Source: Calditrichales bacterium
GTDB taxonomy: Bacteria; Calditrichota; Calditrichia; Calditrichales; J004
Direction: 5' to 3'
Length of the DNA stretch: 64,000 bases
Assembly: GCA_965267575.1 (NCBI GenBank)
Contig: OZ254086.1
Span: forward strand, 1,792,001-1,856,000
Shown: piece after piece, positions 21,215-32,877 of the stretch
Position numbering within the stretch: the stretch's first letter is position 1
Layout: each line of letters begins with the position of its first letter
The notes under the pieces: model-generated
What the model was told of the DNA's origin: nothing
What the model saw: only the letters and a program-made list of their open reading frames with translations
The model's database searches: none
Translations under genes and position numbers: made by a program

Positions 21215-23444
21215 GTTTGCGCTTTTTTCCGCCTTTGGGTTTAGGTGCTTCCTCTGCCTTCTCTTTTTTATTGTCCCCTTCAAAATCCGGATCTTCCAGC
21301 AGCTTAAAGTTGATTTCGCGTTTTTCCAGGTTAACGCCTTCCACGCGGATTTCCACGCGGTCGCCCAAACGGATGTGACGTCCGCTATGTTTACCCGTCA
21401 TCGAATAGGTTGTTTCGTCATAAATATAAAAATCATCGGTCATATTGGTCATTTGGACAAGACCTTCGATGTAGTTTTCCTCGATTTCTACAAATATGCC
21501 AAATGAGGTTACGCCGGAGATAAAACCATGAAACGTATCACCAATGTGTTTCTGAATGTATTCACACTGTTTCAGCTTTATGGATTCGCGCTCCGCTTCA
21601 ACGGCAAGGCGTTCCCGCTTGCTGCAGTGCTCGGCTGTCTGCTTGATTTCCTTGTTCAGTGCCTTAGGGTCCTTCATATCGTTTTTGGCATACATGCGCA
21701 GCAGGCGGTGTACAACCAGGTCAGGGTAGCGGCGTATCGGTGAAGTGAAATGCGTATAATCGTCAAAGCACAATCCAAAGTGACCAATATTTTGCTCGGA
21801 ATAAACCGCTTTCATCATCGAGCGCAACGCCACCTCTTCAATGATCGTCTCTTCGGGGGTGCCCGAAATTGATTCCAGCACGCCCTGCATCCATTTGGAT
21901 GTGACGCGTTTAACGGGTTTAAATTTTACATTCAGCGCCTTTAAAAAGTTGAAGAATTTGGACATCTTTTCTTCATCCGGCTTTTCGTGCACGCGGTAAA
22001 GAAAAGGCAGTGTGCGGCCTTTATTGGGGCTGATATTTCGGACATGTCTGGCTACAGTTTTGTTGGCCATCAGCATAAATTCCTCCACCAGGCGGTGGGC
22101 CAGCAGCCTCTTTTTTGGAATTACATCGACAGGCTGCCCCTTTTTATCCAAAACAAAGCGCACTTCGGGCGTCTCAAAATCAATGCTGCCCTGGGCGAAG
22201 CGCTGCTGCGTGAGACGCTTGCTCAACGCAAACATGCGGTTGATGATCTCCAGGTACGGGTCCTTTTTCTGCTGATCATAGATTTCCTGGAATTCCTCAT
22301 AGTTGTAGCGCCGGCGGCTGTGAATAATCGACGGGCTGATTGTATAATCCACCACATTCAGGTCTTTGTCGATCTCCATCAGGCAGCTGAAGGAGAGCCT
22401 GTCTTCTTTGGGCCGCAGGCTGCAGAGGTTGTTGGAGAGTCTTTCCGGCAGCATCGGGATTACGCGATCCACGAGGTAAACGCTGGTGCCGCGGTCGTAG
22501 GCTTCCTTGTCCATTTTGGTTTTAGGCTGCACAAAATGGCCCACGTCGGCGATATGCACGCCCAGACGCACATGGCCGTTGTCCAGCTCTTCCAGCGAAA
22601 CGGCATCATCAAAATCGCGCGCGTCCACCGGGTCGATCGTAAAACAGGTCAGATCGCGTAAGTCCAGGCGTCCCTGCAGGTCTTTTCCGCCGATACGGCC
22701 ATCGATCTGCTCGGCCTCTTTTTCAATCTCCTTGCCGAATTTAACCGGCAGGTTGTAGCTGTATGCCACGGAAACCACATCCACGCCGGGATCACCTGGA
22801 TCGCCAAGCACATCAACAATACGTCCTTCCGGGTTGTGCTGGTCGCTGTCCCATTTCTCAAATTCCACAAGCACTTTCTGGCCGTCTTTGGCATTCAGAT
22901 TATGCTCGCGGTTTACAACGATGTCACGGTAGATCTTGGGTGAATCGGGAATGACGTAGCTGTAATATTCGGTTTGGCGGTAGGTACCGACGATGTTGCT
23001 GCGGAAGCGGCTGACCACGCGCGTTACAAATCCCTCCGTGCGTTTACCGCTGCTGGAGGCGTAAAGCTGCACCTCAACGACGTCACGATCGAACGCCGTG
23101 TTGAGATTATCACGGGCAATGAAGATGTCGTCGTCCAGCCCCTCCACGCTCACAAAGCCATAACCGGCACGGGCCGTGGAAAGTTCACCGGTGAGCCGCG
23201 ATATTTTCTGATACATGTAGTTGTGGCCCTTGGTGCGCTTAATGCGTCCGTCCCTGACCAGCTCGTTCAGCGAGTTCTCGAATATGGCGTATTCGGATTT
23301 CTTGATATTCAGAAAATGGCTTATCTGTTTGCGGGGCAGCGGTTGACCCGGGTTCTTTTTGAGAATACCGACAATTTTGCGTTGCAGCGATTGTGAAATC
23401 CTGTTATCGGGTTTTCCGCTTTGGTTTTTGTTCTTTTTAGACAT
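21195..23444 (-). CDS. rnr: Ribonuclease R
   Basis: FTIDPVDARDFDDA, HFTSPIRRYPD, C-terminal S1 and basic tail. Confidence 0.95.
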   Translation of the reverse strand: MSKKNKNQSGKPDNRISQSLQRKIVGILKKNPGQPLPRKQISHFLNIKKSEYAIFENSLNELVRDGRIKRTKGHNYMYQKISRLTGELSTARAGYGFVSVEGLDDDIFIARDNLNTAFDRDVVEVQLYASSSGKRTEGFVTRVVSRFRSNIVGTYRQTEYYSYVIPDSPKIYRDIVVNREHNLNAKDGQKVLVEFEKWDSDQHNPEGRIVDVLGDPGDPGVDVVSVAYSYNLPVKFGKEIEKEAEQIDGRIGGKDLQGRLDLRDLTCFTIDPVDARDFDDAVSLEELDNGHVRLGVHIADVGHFVQPKTKMDKEAYDRGTSVYLVDRVIPMLPERLSNNLCSLRPKEDRLSFSCLMEIDKDLNVVDYTISPSIIHSRRRYNYEEFQEIYDQQKKDPYLEIINRMFALSKRLTQQRFAQGSIDFETPEVRFVLDKKGQPVDVIPKKRLLAHRLVEEFMLMANKTVARHVRNISPNKGRTLPFLYRVHEKPDEEKMSKFFNFLKALNVKFKPVKRVTSKWMQGVLESISGTPEETIIEEVALRSMMKAVYSEQNIGHFGLCFDDYTHFTSPIRRYPDLVVHRLLRMYAKNDMKDPKALNKEIKQTAEHCSKRERLAVEAERESIKLKQCEYIQKHIGDTFHGFISGVTSFGIFVEIEENYIEGLVQMTNMTDDFYIYDETTYSMTGKHSGRHIRLGDRVEIRVEGVNLEKREINFKLLEDPDFEGDNKKEKAEEAPKPKGGKKRKRGKKAS

Positions 23445-23463
23445 AAAGATCTTTCGTTTGATT

Positions 23464-24345
23464 CTACTTAAAATGTATTGATAAGACCCGGGGAATATCG
23501 TTCAGGTCGTTGATGGCAGTTACTTGCAGGTTATGGCGTTCTGCGGCCAGTTTTATTATCCGTTGCGGTTGCGAGCCGCTCATTTCCAGGAACAGGTACT
23601 CTGTTTGCAGCGCTCCGCCGGAGAAAAGCTCGAATATTTTTTTATAAAAGCGCAAACCGTCCTCACCGTCAGTAAGAGCTTCACGCGGTTCGAATTCCGC
23701 CACCTCCGGCTGCAGATTGTTCATCTCCGCGGCGGCGATGTAGGGCGGGTTGGAGACAACAATATCATATTGCGCGGGTAAACGCTCATCGGGCCAGGCC
23801 GAAAACAGGTCCTTGCGGATAAAATGTCCTGCTTCTTCGCTCAGCCGGTTTTGCCGGGCGTTTTTGGCGGCTGTTTCCAGGGCGCCCTCAGAGCAATCGA
23901 TGGCGTAGAATTCGCTGCCCGGCCAGTGATGCGCCAGGCTAACCGGAATACAGCCGCTCCCTGTTCCGATATCCAGCAGGCGCGGGGCTTTGCCGTTGTA
24001 GGCGGAACGCAGCTTCAGCACTTCCTCGCACAGAACTTCCGTTTCCGGACGCGGGATAAGCACATGGGGGTTAACCTGAAAAGGCAGACCCATAAATTCC
24101 GTTTCACCAAGGATGTATTGCAGGGGTTCATGTTTGGAGCGGCGTGCGATGAGGCGGCGGTAGCGGTCCAGCTCCGGCTCCGTAAGCGGCCTTTCAAAAT
24201 GAACGTAGAGCTGAACGCGGCTCAGGCCCAGCACGTGTCCCAGCAGGCGTTCGGCATTAAGCCGGGCGTTTTCTATGTTTTTATTTTTGAGATAATCCGC
24301 CGTGGTATTAAGCAGATCGATGACTTTCCATTGTTTATCAGGCAT
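23464..24345 (-). CDS. prmC: Release factor glutamine methyltransferase
   Basis: EPLQYILG, VLIPRPETE, LDIGTGSGCI, SNPPY. Confidence 0.95.
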   Translation of the reverse strand: MPDKQWKVIDLLNTTADYLKNKNIENARLNAERLLGHVLGLSRVQLYVHFERPLTEPELDRYRRLIARRSKHEPLQYILGETEFMGLPFQVNPHVLIPRPETEVLCEEVLKLRSAYNGKAPRLLDIGTGSGCIPVSLAHHWPGSEFYAIDCSEGALETAAKNARQNRLSEEAGHFIRKDLFSAWPDERLPAQYDIVVSNPPYIAAAEMNNLQPEVAEFEPREALTDGEDGLRFYKKIFELFSGGALQTEYLFLEMSGSQPQRIIKLAAERHNLQVTAINDLNDIPRVLSIHFK

Positions 24346-24448
24346 AACGTCTGTTTCAGTTTAATAGAGCAATATAAAGAAAAATGTGCAATGAATGAAG
24401 CCGGGCGAATCGCAGCTGCTTAATGCGGCGGCAATCAGCAGATCTGTC

Positions 24449-24476
24449 TTGCAAATAAATTCTGTTTCAGTAAATT
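24449..24476 (+). promoter_or_regulatory. Putative sigma70 promoter of tex
   Basis: TTGCAA-N16-TAAATT. Confidence 0.45.
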
Positions 24477-24524
24477 TTCCTGCTCGGTTAGCAACAAGAT
24501 TTAATATGATCGATGAGGATGTCT

Positions 24525-26684
24525 ATGAACGAACATACAATGTTTCAGATAATCGCTGAAGAGCTAAAGCTACGCGCCATCCAGGTGAAGAATACGGTTG
24601 ACATGCTTGATGCCGGGAACACGGTCCCTTTTATTGCCCGTTACCGCAAGGAGGCCACCGGTTCCATGGACGAAGAGCAAATCCGCGCCGTGGAGGAACG
24701 CGTCAATTACCTGCGCGCGCTGGAGGCCCGCAAGGAGACCATTCTCAAATCGATCGAGGAACAGGGCAAGCTTACGCCGGAGTTGAAGGAGCGTATTGAA
24801 GCCTGTGCCAAAATGCAGGAGCTGGAAGATCTCTATTTGCCCTATAAGCCCAAAAAACGCACCCGCGCCACCGTGGCCAAAGAGCGCGGTTTGGAGCCTT
24901 TGGCAAAAACCATCCTGGCGCAGGAGCTAACCGGGGGTGACGTAAACGCAATCGCCGCCGGATACGTTGACGCTGAAAAAGAGGTGAACAGCGCCGAAGA
25001 AGCGTTGCAGGGAGCGCGTGACATCATTGCCGAGATGATCAGTGAAGATGCCGATGTGCGCGCCGATGTACGTGAGCTGACTTTTGATAAGGGCCTGATC
25101 GAATCGAGCGCCAAAAAAGTGCAGGAGCGCACGCCGTTTGAAGATTATTATGAATACAGCGAAGCGCTTAAAAAGATTGTGCCGCACAGGGTTCTGGCCC
25201 TCAACCGCGGGGAAAAGGAAGGCGTGCTTAAGGTGGCCATCGATGTGGACAACCGGCTGATTCTCAATGCCATTGAACGGCGCTATTTTAAAAACAAGGA
25301 TTCCATTTTTCTGGAACAGATGCAGCAGGCCATCGCCGACTCCTACAGCCGGCTTATCGCGCCGAGCATTGCCCGCGAAGTACGCCACACGCTGACCGAC
25401 AAAGCCGACGAGCATGCCATCACCGTTTTTGCCGAAAACCTTAAGAATTTGCTACTACAGCCACCCATCCGCGGCAAGATGATCATGGGCATTGACCCGG
25501 GCTACCGTACCGGCTCCAAGGTGGCGGTCATCGATCCGACCGCCAAGTACCTGGAGGGCACAACCATTTACCCCCACCCGCCACAAGATGAATACATGAA
25601 GTCCAAATCAATCATCCGTGGGATGGTGGATAAATACGACGTGGATATAATTGCCATCGGCAACGGCACCGCCAGCCGCGAAACCGAGCAGATGATCGCC
25701 GAGCTGATCTCCGAGATGAAAAACGAACGCACGTTGCACTATATCATCGTTAATGAGGCCGGGGCTTCTGTTTACTCCGCCTCCAAGGTGGCGCGCGAAG
25801 AGTTCCCCGATCTGGATGCCAGCATGCGCGGGAATATCTCCATCGCCCGCCGCCTGCTGGACCCGCTGGCCGAGCTGGTGAAAATAGACCCCAAGAGCAT
25901 TGGCGTCGGCTTGTACCAGCATGATGTAAATCAGCGGCGCCTGGCTGAAACGCTGGGCTTTGTTGTGGAAAGCTGCGTAAACAGCGTCGGCATCAATCTT
26001 AACACGGCTTCGGCTTCGCTGCTGCGCCACGTTTCCGGGTTGACCAGCCGCACGGCGCAAAACATCATTAAGCACCGCGATGAGAACGGGCCGTTCAACA
26101 GCCGTGATCAGCTTAAGAGCGTGGACGGCATTGGCGAGATTGCCTTTGAGCAGGCCGCCGGTTTCCTGCGTATCCCTGATGCCGACAATCCACTGGACAA
26201 CACCTCTATTCACCCGGAATCGTATCCGGCAACGCAGAAACTGCTGCAGCGCTTTGATATAAAAGACGCGCGCAGGGAAGGGCATGAGCTGAAGCGCAAG
26301 GTGGCGCAGGCCGAGTTGAAGGAGCTACTCGATGAGCTGGGCATCGGCGAACCGACATTCAAGGATATTCTTGAAAACCTGGAAAAACCGGGCCTCGACC
26401 CGCGTGACGATCTGCCCAAGCCGTTGTTTAAAAGCGACGTGCTGAAAATGGAAGACCTGAAGGAGGGAATGACGCTGAAAGGCACCGTGCGCAACGTGGT
26501 CGATTTTGGCGCCTTTGTGGATATCGGCGTAAAGCAGGACGGCCTGGTGCATGTGAGCCAACTGGCCGACCGCTATGTAAAAAATCCCCACGAAATTGTT
26601 TCCGTTGGAGATGTTGTGGAAGTACGCGTGGTTTCAATCGATCTGGATCGCGGTCGCATCGGCTTGTCGATGCGAAAAGGCTAA
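24525..26684 (+). CDS. tex: Tex family RNA-binding transcriptional accessory protein
   Basis: GNTVPFIARYRKEATG, GIDPGYRTG, EAGASVYSAS, S1 domain; start 24513-24540 uncertain. Confidence 0.95.
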   Translation: MNEHTMFQIIAEELKLRAIQVKNTVDMLDAGNTVPFIARYRKEATGSMDEEQIRAVEERVNYLRALEARKETILKSIEEQGKLTPELKERIEACAKMQELEDLYLPYKPKKRTRATVAKERGLEPLAKTILAQELTGGDVNAIAAGYVDAEKEVNSAEEALQGARDIIAEMISEDADVRADVRELTFDKGLIESSAKKVQERTPFEDYYEYSEALKKIVPHRVLALNRGEKEGVLKVAIDVDNRLILNAIERRYFKNKDSIFLEQMQQAIADSYSRLIAPSIAREVRHTLTDKADEHAITVFAENLKNLLLQPPIRGKMIMGIDPGYRTGSKVAVIDPTAKYLEGTTIYPHPPQDEYMKSKSIIRGMVDKYDVDIIAIGNGTASRETEQMIAELISEMKNERTLHYIIVNEAGASVYSASKVAREEFPDLDASMRGNISIARRLLDPLAELVKIDPKSIGVGLYQHDVNQRRLAETLGFVVESCVNSVGINLNTASASLLRHVSGLTSRTAQNIIKHRDENGPFNSRDQLKSVDGIGEIAFEQAAGFLRIPDADNPLDNTSIHPESYPATQKLLQRFDIKDARREGHELKRKVAQAELKELLDELGIGEPTFKDILENLEKPGLDPRDDLPKPLFKSDVLKMEDLKEGMTLKGTVRNVVDFGAFVDIGVKQDGLVHVSQLADRYVKNPHEIVSVGDVVEVRVVSIDLDRGRIGLSMRKG

Positions 26685-27052
26685 TCCAGATTTAAAAGCT
26701 GAGAAACGTCGTCTTTTAGCTTCATGATCGTAAATGGCTTCTTGAGAAACATGTTTTTTTCAGGAAGCTCCAGATCGCTGAAGTCGCTTTCGTCGTCAAA
26801 TCCGGACATGAAGATCACCGGGCATTGCGGCATCATGGCATGCAGCTGTCGGTAAGTGTCTTCGCCGCTCATCACGGGCATGTTCATATCAAGCATTATA
26901 AGATCGATACGGCCTTTATTTTCCGCGGCCAAAGCCAGTGCTTCGTCACCGTCCCCGGCCTGCAGGCATTCAATATCGATCAGCTTCATCACTTCGTTAA
27001 TAATATTGCGAAGCGGCGCCTCGTCGTCTACAACCAGCGCTCGAAGTGCCAT
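26681..27052 (-). CDS. Single-domain response regulator (receiver only)
   Basis: LVVDDE, LDMNMP, MSG, KKPF. Confidence 0.9.
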   Translation of the reverse strand: MALRALVVDDEAPLRNIINEVMKLIDIECLQAGDGDEALALAAENKGRIDLIMLDMNMPVMSGEDTYRQLHAMMPQCPVIFMSGFDDESDFSDLELPEKNMFLKKPFTIMKLKDDVSQLLNLD

Positions 27053-27161
27053 TTACAATCCCCTTGTTTAAGCCATAGTTTTGTTTGGATAATTCTAAAT
27101 CTCTATCTTCTGTGAAAGATACCCATTAACGGATATAACGGCAATTTCTCAAGGATCAGAT

Positions 27162-28664
27162 ATGGAATTTTCAGTAGCGGATCAGATTATCGTTTTTGTG
27201 TACCTGCTGGCGGTGGCATTGATCGGTTCGTTTTCCGGCGGAAAACAGCGCACCACGCGCGATTACTTTCTGGGCGGCAAGAGCGTGCCCTGGTGGGCCG
27301 TGGCGTTTTCCATTGTGGCCGCGGAGACCAGCAGCCTCACCTTTATTTCCATTCCCGGGTTGGCTTATGTTGCCAACCTTAATTTTTTGCAGCTAACGAT
27401 AGGCTTCTTGCTGGCGCGCGTCATAATCGCCCTGGTTTTTCTGCCGGCATACGCAAAGGGCGAAATGGAAACGGCTTACTCTTTTCTGGAAAATCGCTTT
27501 GGTCATGGCATCCGGCGCTATGCCAGTACCGTTTTTATCTTTACGCGCCTTGCGGCCGACGGCGTGCGGCTGTTTTCCACCGCCATTCCGCTGGCGCTTA
27601 TCTTCAAAACAGCGGCCGCTTTCCAAACCTGGTCAGATACACAGATCTATATTGCCGCTATCGCCATTATCGGGATTGTGTCGCTGCTGTACACCTACAG
27701 CGGGGGCGTAAAGGGCGTTATCTGGGCAGACGTACTGCAAATGACGATCTATGTGGGCGGCGCTTTCCTGGCCCTGTGGATACTGCTGGATGAGCCCGGC
27801 GTTTCGCTGGCGCCGGCCATCGCGCAGGGTAAAACGGCATTGTTTAATTTTGACTTCGGTGACTCCATTGCCGCCTTTTTCCGCGAACCTTACACGCTGG
27901 TGGCCTCACTGCTGGGTGGTACGTTTCTCTCCATGGCTTCGCACGGCACAGACCAGCTTATCGTTCAACGCCTGCTGACAACGCGCACGCTAAAAGACGG
28001 CCAGAAGGCGATTGTGGCCAGCGGTGCGCTGGTTATTGGCCAGTTCACACTGTTTTTATTTATCGGATTGTTTTTGTACTCCTTTTACAACGGTGTGGCC
28101 ATTGGCGCGGACGGTGCCCCGTTCAGCAAACCCGATGAAATCTTTCCTCTTTTTATCATTAATAATTTACCGTCCGGCGCCCGCGGGCTGATCATTGCCG
28201 GGCTTTTTGCGGCGGCCATGTCCACGCTTGCCGGCTCCATGAGCTCCATCTCGTCCGCGCTGGTGATGGATATTCTTAAGCCACGCCTGCCGCAACTGGA
28301 TGACGCGCGGGCATTAAAGCTTTCACGCTGGATGACTGTTGTGATGGCCTTTGTGCTGATCGCTGTGGCGCTGCTGTTTATTCAGCTTACGCAATCGGTT
28401 GTGGAGATTGCCCTGGGAATTGCTTCCATTACCTATGGCGGGTTGCTGGGCACGTTCCTCTTGGGCATGCTGTTTAAGGATGTGGATGCGAAGGGAGCCT
28501 ACTATGGGTTTACCGCCGGGATTATTGTCATGGCTGTTATCGCGCTGATCCCTGTTTTTGGCGGACAGGCTATTGTGCATTGGACATGGTATGTACTCAT
28601 CGGCACCGTGGTTACGATGAGCGTGGGCAAGTTGACGCAAAAGGTAAAGAAGGCGGCGCAATAG
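27162..28664 (+). CDS. Sodium:solute symporter (SSS family)
   Basis: DYFLGG, SIVAAETS, GTDQLIVQR, AAAMSTL. Confidence 0.92.
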   Translation: MEFSVADQIIVFVYLLAVALIGSFSGGKQRTTRDYFLGGKSVPWWAVAFSIVAAETSSLTFISIPGLAYVANLNFLQLTIGFLLARVIIALVFLPAYAKGEMETAYSFLENRFGHGIRRYASTVFIFTRLAADGVRLFSTAIPLALIFKTAAAFQTWSDTQIYIAAIAIIGIVSLLYTYSGGVKGVIWADVLQMTIYVGGAFLALWILLDEPGVSLAPAIAQGKTALFNFDFGDSIAAFFREPYTLVASLLGGTFLSMASHGTDQLIVQRLLTTRTLKDGQKAIVASGALVIGQFTLFLFIGLFLYSFYNGVAIGADGAPFSKPDEIFPLFIINNLPSGARGLIIAGLFAAAMSTLAGSMSSISSALVMDILKPRLPQLDDARALKLSRWMTVVMAFVLIAVALLFIQLTQSVVEIALGIASITYGGLLGTFLLGMLFKDVDAKGAYYGFTAGIIVMAVIALIPVFGGQAIVHWTWYVLIGTVVTMSVGKLTQKVKKAAQ

Positions 28665-28684
28665 GGGGCCGGTTCGGTGTGGTT

Positions 28685-28738
28685 GGGCTGAAGCCCTACT
28701 TGGGTGTAGGTTTTTATCCACGATCTGAAGATCGTGGC
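28685..28738 (-). repeat. REP-like palindrome copy 2 plus short GGGC-TGAA-GCCC hairpin
   Basis: GGGCtgaaGCCC (28685-28696) and CCACGATC-tgaa-GATCGTGG within 28709-28738; same TGAA loop. Confidence 0.8.
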
Positions 28739-28797
28739 AATATCATGTGGCTCTTGATTAAGAAAATGAAAAAGAGATGTGTAAAGACGGCTTAAGA

Positions 28798-28873
28798 ATG
28801 ATCATGATCAGGAGCATGATCATGATCAAGTTAAAGTACACTAACACACTAACACCTTAAAACCTTAACACAT
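28798..28873. repeat. ATGATC 6-mer array followed by 8-bp TAACAC array
   Basis: atgatc atgatc aggagc atgatc atgatc; aagtacac taacacac taacacct taaaacct taacacat. Confidence 0.7.
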
Positions 28874-28878
28874 CTGAT

Positions 28879-30546
28879 TTACTCATCCGGTTGTTTCCAC
28901 TCCAGCAGAATGCGGGCTACGTTGGTGGCGTGGCCGCTGATGCGCCGAAATTGTTCGATCAGGTCCTGGTGCACTTCACTGGTGGCTTCGCTTTCGGCCA
29001 CCTCGCTGCGCAGACGCTGGTAATGCGTGCGCATAAACTCCCAACTCATCGAGCGGTATTTTTTGTGTTTCTGCTTCATGGCGCGTGCTTTTTCCAGATT
29101 CACTTCATCAAACACATCCAGTGCGCGGGAGATCTGTTTCAGAGCCCGTTCGTGAAAATCAAGCAGCTCTTTTTGGCCTTCCTCCGAAAAAGATAGATTG
29201 TTGGCCAGCCAGCTTTCCGAGCGCGGCAAAATTATCTTGGTGATAATATCGCCGATCTGCTCGAATTCCGTCACCGTGTACATGATCTGAAATGCCTCGT
29301 CGGTTTGCTTGGATGGAATGCTTTGCCGGGTGATGCGTGTCAGGTAATCTTCAACCTGCGCCGTCAGATCGTTTATCTGGTTCTCACCATGGATAATTTC
29401 ATTAATCACCTCCTGGTTATGCTCCGTAAACGGAAGGATCGCCTTGCGCGTGTTTTCCTGCACCAGGTTGCCGATGCGCAGCGCTTCTGCCTTGGCCAGG
29501 TTAAGCGCCAGGGCCGGCGTGCCCAACACGCCCTTGTCCAGATATTTGGGCGCGATTTCCAGATGATGATCGGGCCGGTCCGGTAGCAGCTTTTCTATCA
29601 GCAGTGTGGCGGGTCGCACGAAAGGCAGCAGGATCAACGCCGTGGCCAGGTTAAAAATTGTGTGGGCGTTGGCGATCTCTCGTGGCACCACCTGGCTGAT
29701 TGCGTCGGCCGTCGTACCGGGAGAGACAGAGCGGATCAGCTCGGCAAAGCCGGGCATCCAGAATATAAACAGCAGCATTCCGAATACTTTGATTAGTGTG
29801 TGGGCCAGGGCTACGCGTTTGGCCTCCCGCCGCGCTCCGATAACCGCCAGACCGGCTGTAATGCTGGTGCCGATGTTTGAGCCCAGCACGAGCGGAATGC
29901 CGGCTTCCAGCGTTAAAAGTCCCTGGCTGGCCAGGACGATCAAAATGCCTGTAAAAGCGCTGGAGCTTTGAATAACAGCCGTAAATATCACACCGATGCC
30001 GATGCCGGCCAATGGATTTTCCAAACGGGTCAAAATATCAACAAAAGGTTGGTAAGAGCGCAGAGGGTCCATGGACCGGCTCATAATTTCCATGCCGAAA
30101 AAGAGCAATCCAAAGCCGAATATGGTTTCGCCAATGGTTTTAAGACGCGGGTTATCAGCAAGAAACTGCATACCAATACCTACAGCGACAAAAAGCAGGG
30201 AATACTCCGTTAGCTTAAACGCAACGATTTGCGCGGTAATGGTCGTGCCAATATTGGCGCCCAGCACAATACTGAAGGATTGCCCGAATCCGATCAGGCC
30301 GGCTTGAACCAATCCAACCAGCATTACGCTGCTGGCGCTGCTGCTCTGGATCAGCATGGTAACGGCCGCACCCGTAGTTAACCCGTAAAAGCGGTTTTCG
30401 GTAAGCCTGCTGAGAATAGTCCGCAGTTTGTCGCCGGCGGCCTTTTTCAGTCCGCTGCTCATCAGGTTCATACCGTACAGGAAAAAGCCCAGGCCCCCGG
30501 CAACACCAATGATCAGCTGAAACCAGTTTATGCTGTTTTGTGTCAT
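28879..30546 (-). CDS. Na+/Pi cotransporter family protein with PhoU-like C-terminus
   Basis: Two IQSSS motifs, [15 protein letters not shown], helical C-terminal domains. Confidence 0.9.
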   Translation of the reverse strand: MTQNSINWFQLIIGVAGGLGFFLYGMNLMSSGLKKAAGDKLRTILSRLTENRFYGLTTGAAVTMLIQSSSASSVMLVGLVQAGLIGFGQSFSIVLGANIGTTITAQIVAFKLTEYSLLFVAVGIGMQFLADNPRLKTIGETIFGFGLLFFGMEIMSRSMDPLRSYQPFVDILTRLENPLAGIGIGVIFTAVIQSSSAFTGILIVLASQGLLTLEAGIPLVLGSNIGTSITAGLAVIGARREAKRVALAHTLIKVFGMLLFIFWMPGFAELIRSVSPGTTADAISQVVPREIANAHTIFNLATALILLPFVRPATLLIEKLLPDRPDHHLEIAPKYLDKGVLGTPALALNLAKAEALRIGNLVQENTRKAILPFTEHNQEVINEIIHGENQINDLTAQVEDYLTRITRQSIPSKQTDEAFQIMYTVTEFEQIGDIITKIILPRSESWLANNLSFSEEGQKELLDFHERALKQISRALDVFDEVNLEKARAMKQKHKKYRSMSWEFMRTHYQRLRSEVAESEATSEVHQDLIEQFRRISGHATNVARILLEWKQPDE

Positions 30547-30673
30547 TTACGGACACCCGTCACTAAAAATTGAACAAATACCTTCACTGTCACTTTTATG
30601 TCTCATCTTTCAACATCTACACACGAAAATGTCAATTAATTTAATTACCATTCCAAGATTGATAAAATACAAA

Positions 30674-32803
30674 ATGCCAGTAAACAGACAATTACAAGCA
30701 CAGGTAGACTACGATCTATTAAAACGCGGCATACAGGGTATTTACGTCTACCCGCTGGTTTACTTTTTGGTTACCATACCGGGTATGTATTTTTTTGAGC
30801 ACCTAAGCTCCACGGCCGTGATCTTGTTTTTATTTATAATCAGCGGCATATACCGTTTTGTGGTAAACAAATTATTTAAAAGTATTTACCGGACAAATCC
30901 GCATTTGTGGCGCAGGCTTTTTATTGGCGGTGTGGTAAGTTGCGGTTTGATATGGGCTTTTTCCGGTATCCCCTTTGTGGTTATAAATCCCGACAAAATG
31001 AGCGCCCTGCTGTACCTTAGTGGATGCGCAGGCCTGGCTGCCGGCGGTTCCAGTTCGTTTGCGCCCAATAAAAAACTGATGCGTTTTTATATCAGCTCCA
31101 TCCTTCTTCCTTTACCGGTTTACAGTTTTTTTATGACCGATAATATCAGTCTTACGGCTGCAGGTGGCGCTTTTGTGCTGATGATCTTTTTCTGGATAAA
31201 CGGCTCCAAACTGCACAGCGAATACTGGCGCGCGTTGCATAATAACCAAAAACTGGAACAACAGACACACGAGCTGAAACGGGCACGCGCCGAAGCGGAA
31301 AACGCGATGCAGGCCAAATCTGAATTCCTGGCCAACATGAGCCACGAAATACGCACACCGATGAATGCGATCATCGCCTCGGGCGACCTTTTGCGGCAAA
31401 CGAGGCTGAGCCTGGAGCAGAGCGAATACAGCGAAACCATTATTAACGGTGGCGAGCAGCTACTGGACCTGATTAATGCAATACTTGATTTTTCAAAGCT
31501 GGAAGCCAACAAGATGGAATTGGAGAGCATCCCGGTTGATATGTGTAAATGCATGGAAGCTTCGGTTGAGATTGTAAGTATGAACGCGACACGCAAAGGG
31601 CTGGAACTGATTTACGATATAGATGATGACGTGCCGGCCGTTATAGAGGGTGACAAAGCGCGCCTGCAGCAGGTATTGATAAATCTGCTCGGGAATGCCA
31701 TAAAGTTTACCGAAGAAGGTTATGTGCGTTTGCGCGTAAGCCGTATGGACGCGAGCGAAGAAAAGACACGTTTAAGATTTGCCGTGGAGGACAGTGGCAT
31801 AGGCATTGAAAAAGAAAGGATAAACGCTCTCTTTGATCCTTTTGTGCAGGCTGATAATTCCATGACACGACGCTATGGCGGCACCGGTCTGGGGTTGGCT
31901 ATCTCCCATAAAATTGTAGAACTGATGGGCGGCGAAATGGATGTGCAGAGCGAACCGGGCAAAGGGTCGGTCTTTTCGTTTGAGATAGCCGTTAAGAGCG
32001 TGGATGGACAAAAGCTGAATCCGCCGAAATTGCTGCATGATAAGAAAATTGTTCTTTTTTCCGATTCGGCTCCGCAAAGCGAGTTGATACAAAAATACCT
32101 GCGGCGTTGTGGCGGAAGCATCATGGAAGACGTTGAAAAATTGCCACACGCAAAACCGCATCTGATCATCGTGGATGTGCCGGCGGGGCTGGAAGAAGTG
32201 CCCGAAGAATATATGGATAATGAAGCCAGAGCGCTGGAAAACGGTATACCGGTTATCTACCTGTTAGCGGTGGGCAGCCCGTTAAGGCGGCAGTTGGATG
32301 AAAACAATCGCAACGTTTTAAACAAACCTCTGCGTTGGCACGTTTTTGAGCGAATGCTGCTAAGGCTTTTTGGTGAAAACGAGACTCCCGTAAGCGACAC
32401 GCAGGTGATGAAAAAGTTGACCTTGAATCACAATAAGGCGCGGATCCTGATAGCCGAAGACAACGTGGTCAACCAGCGCGTGGCACGGCGCCTGCTGGAA
32501 AGACTGGGATTTGATGCCGAGGTATCTCCTAATGGTGAGGACGCGTTTCAAAAGCAAAAAGCCAATCCTTACGACATTATTTTTATGGATGTGCAGATGC
32601 CGGTGATGGATGGCATCGAAGCGGCGCGTTCGATTCGCTCCGGCAACGGGCAAAGCGGCAACAGGCCGGTGATCATCGCGCTGACGGCAAACGCCACTGT
32701 CCAGGATCGCCAGCTCTGTCTGGATGCCGGCATGGATGATTACATAAGCAAACCAATCCGCCTGGAGGAGCTGAAATCGATATTGGAAAAACATTTAAAT
32801 TAA
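30674..32803 (+). CDS. Membrane hybrid sensor histidine kinase/response regulator
   Basis: Multiple N-terminal TM segments, [31 protein letters not shown], terminal receiver FMDVQMP; start 30674 preferred. Confidence 0.92.
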   Translation: MPVNRQLQAQVDYDLLKRGIQGIYVYPLVYFLVTIPGMYFFEHLSSTAVILFLFIISGIYRFVVNKLFKSIYRTNPHLWRRLFIGGVVSCGLIWAFSGIPFVVINPDKMSALLYLSGCAGLAAGGSSSFAPNKKLMRFYISSILLPLPVYSFFMTDNISLTAAGGAFVLMIFFWINGSKLHSEYWRALHNNQKLEQQTHELKRARAEAENAMQAKSEFLANMSHEIRTPMNAIIASGDLLRQTRLSLEQSEYSETIINGGEQLLDLINAILDFSKLEANKMELESIPVDMCKCMEASVEIVSMNATRKGLELIYDIDDDVPAVIEGDKARLQQVLINLLGNAIKFTEEGYVRLRVSRMDASEEKTRLRFAVEDSGIGIEKERINALFDPFVQADNSMTRRYGGTGLGLAISHKIVELMGGEMDVQSEPGKGSVFSFEIAVKSVDGQKLNPPKLLHDKKIVLFSDSAPQSELIQKYLRRCGGSIMEDVEKLPHAKPHLIIVDVPAGLEEVPEEYMDNEARALENGIPVIYLLAVGSPLRRQLDENNRNVLNKPLRWHVFERMLLRLFGENETPVSDTQVMKKLTLNHNKARILIAEDNVVNQRVARRLLERLGFDAEVSPNGEDAFQKQKANPYDIIFMDVQMPVMDGIEAARSIRSGNGQSGNRPVIIALTANATVQDRQLCLDAGMDDYISKPIRLEELKSILEKHLN

Positions 32804-32877
32804 TTGGCCGTTAAAGATTTGTTTTGTCCGCTAATTTTATTCATTTTGCGACCTGCTTTTTAACAATGGAAAGACTT

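Noticed and set aside
21195-21283. Long rnr/lptD overlap as a special feature
   Set aside because: Probably an over-extended ORF call; a downstream GTG gives a short ordinary overlap
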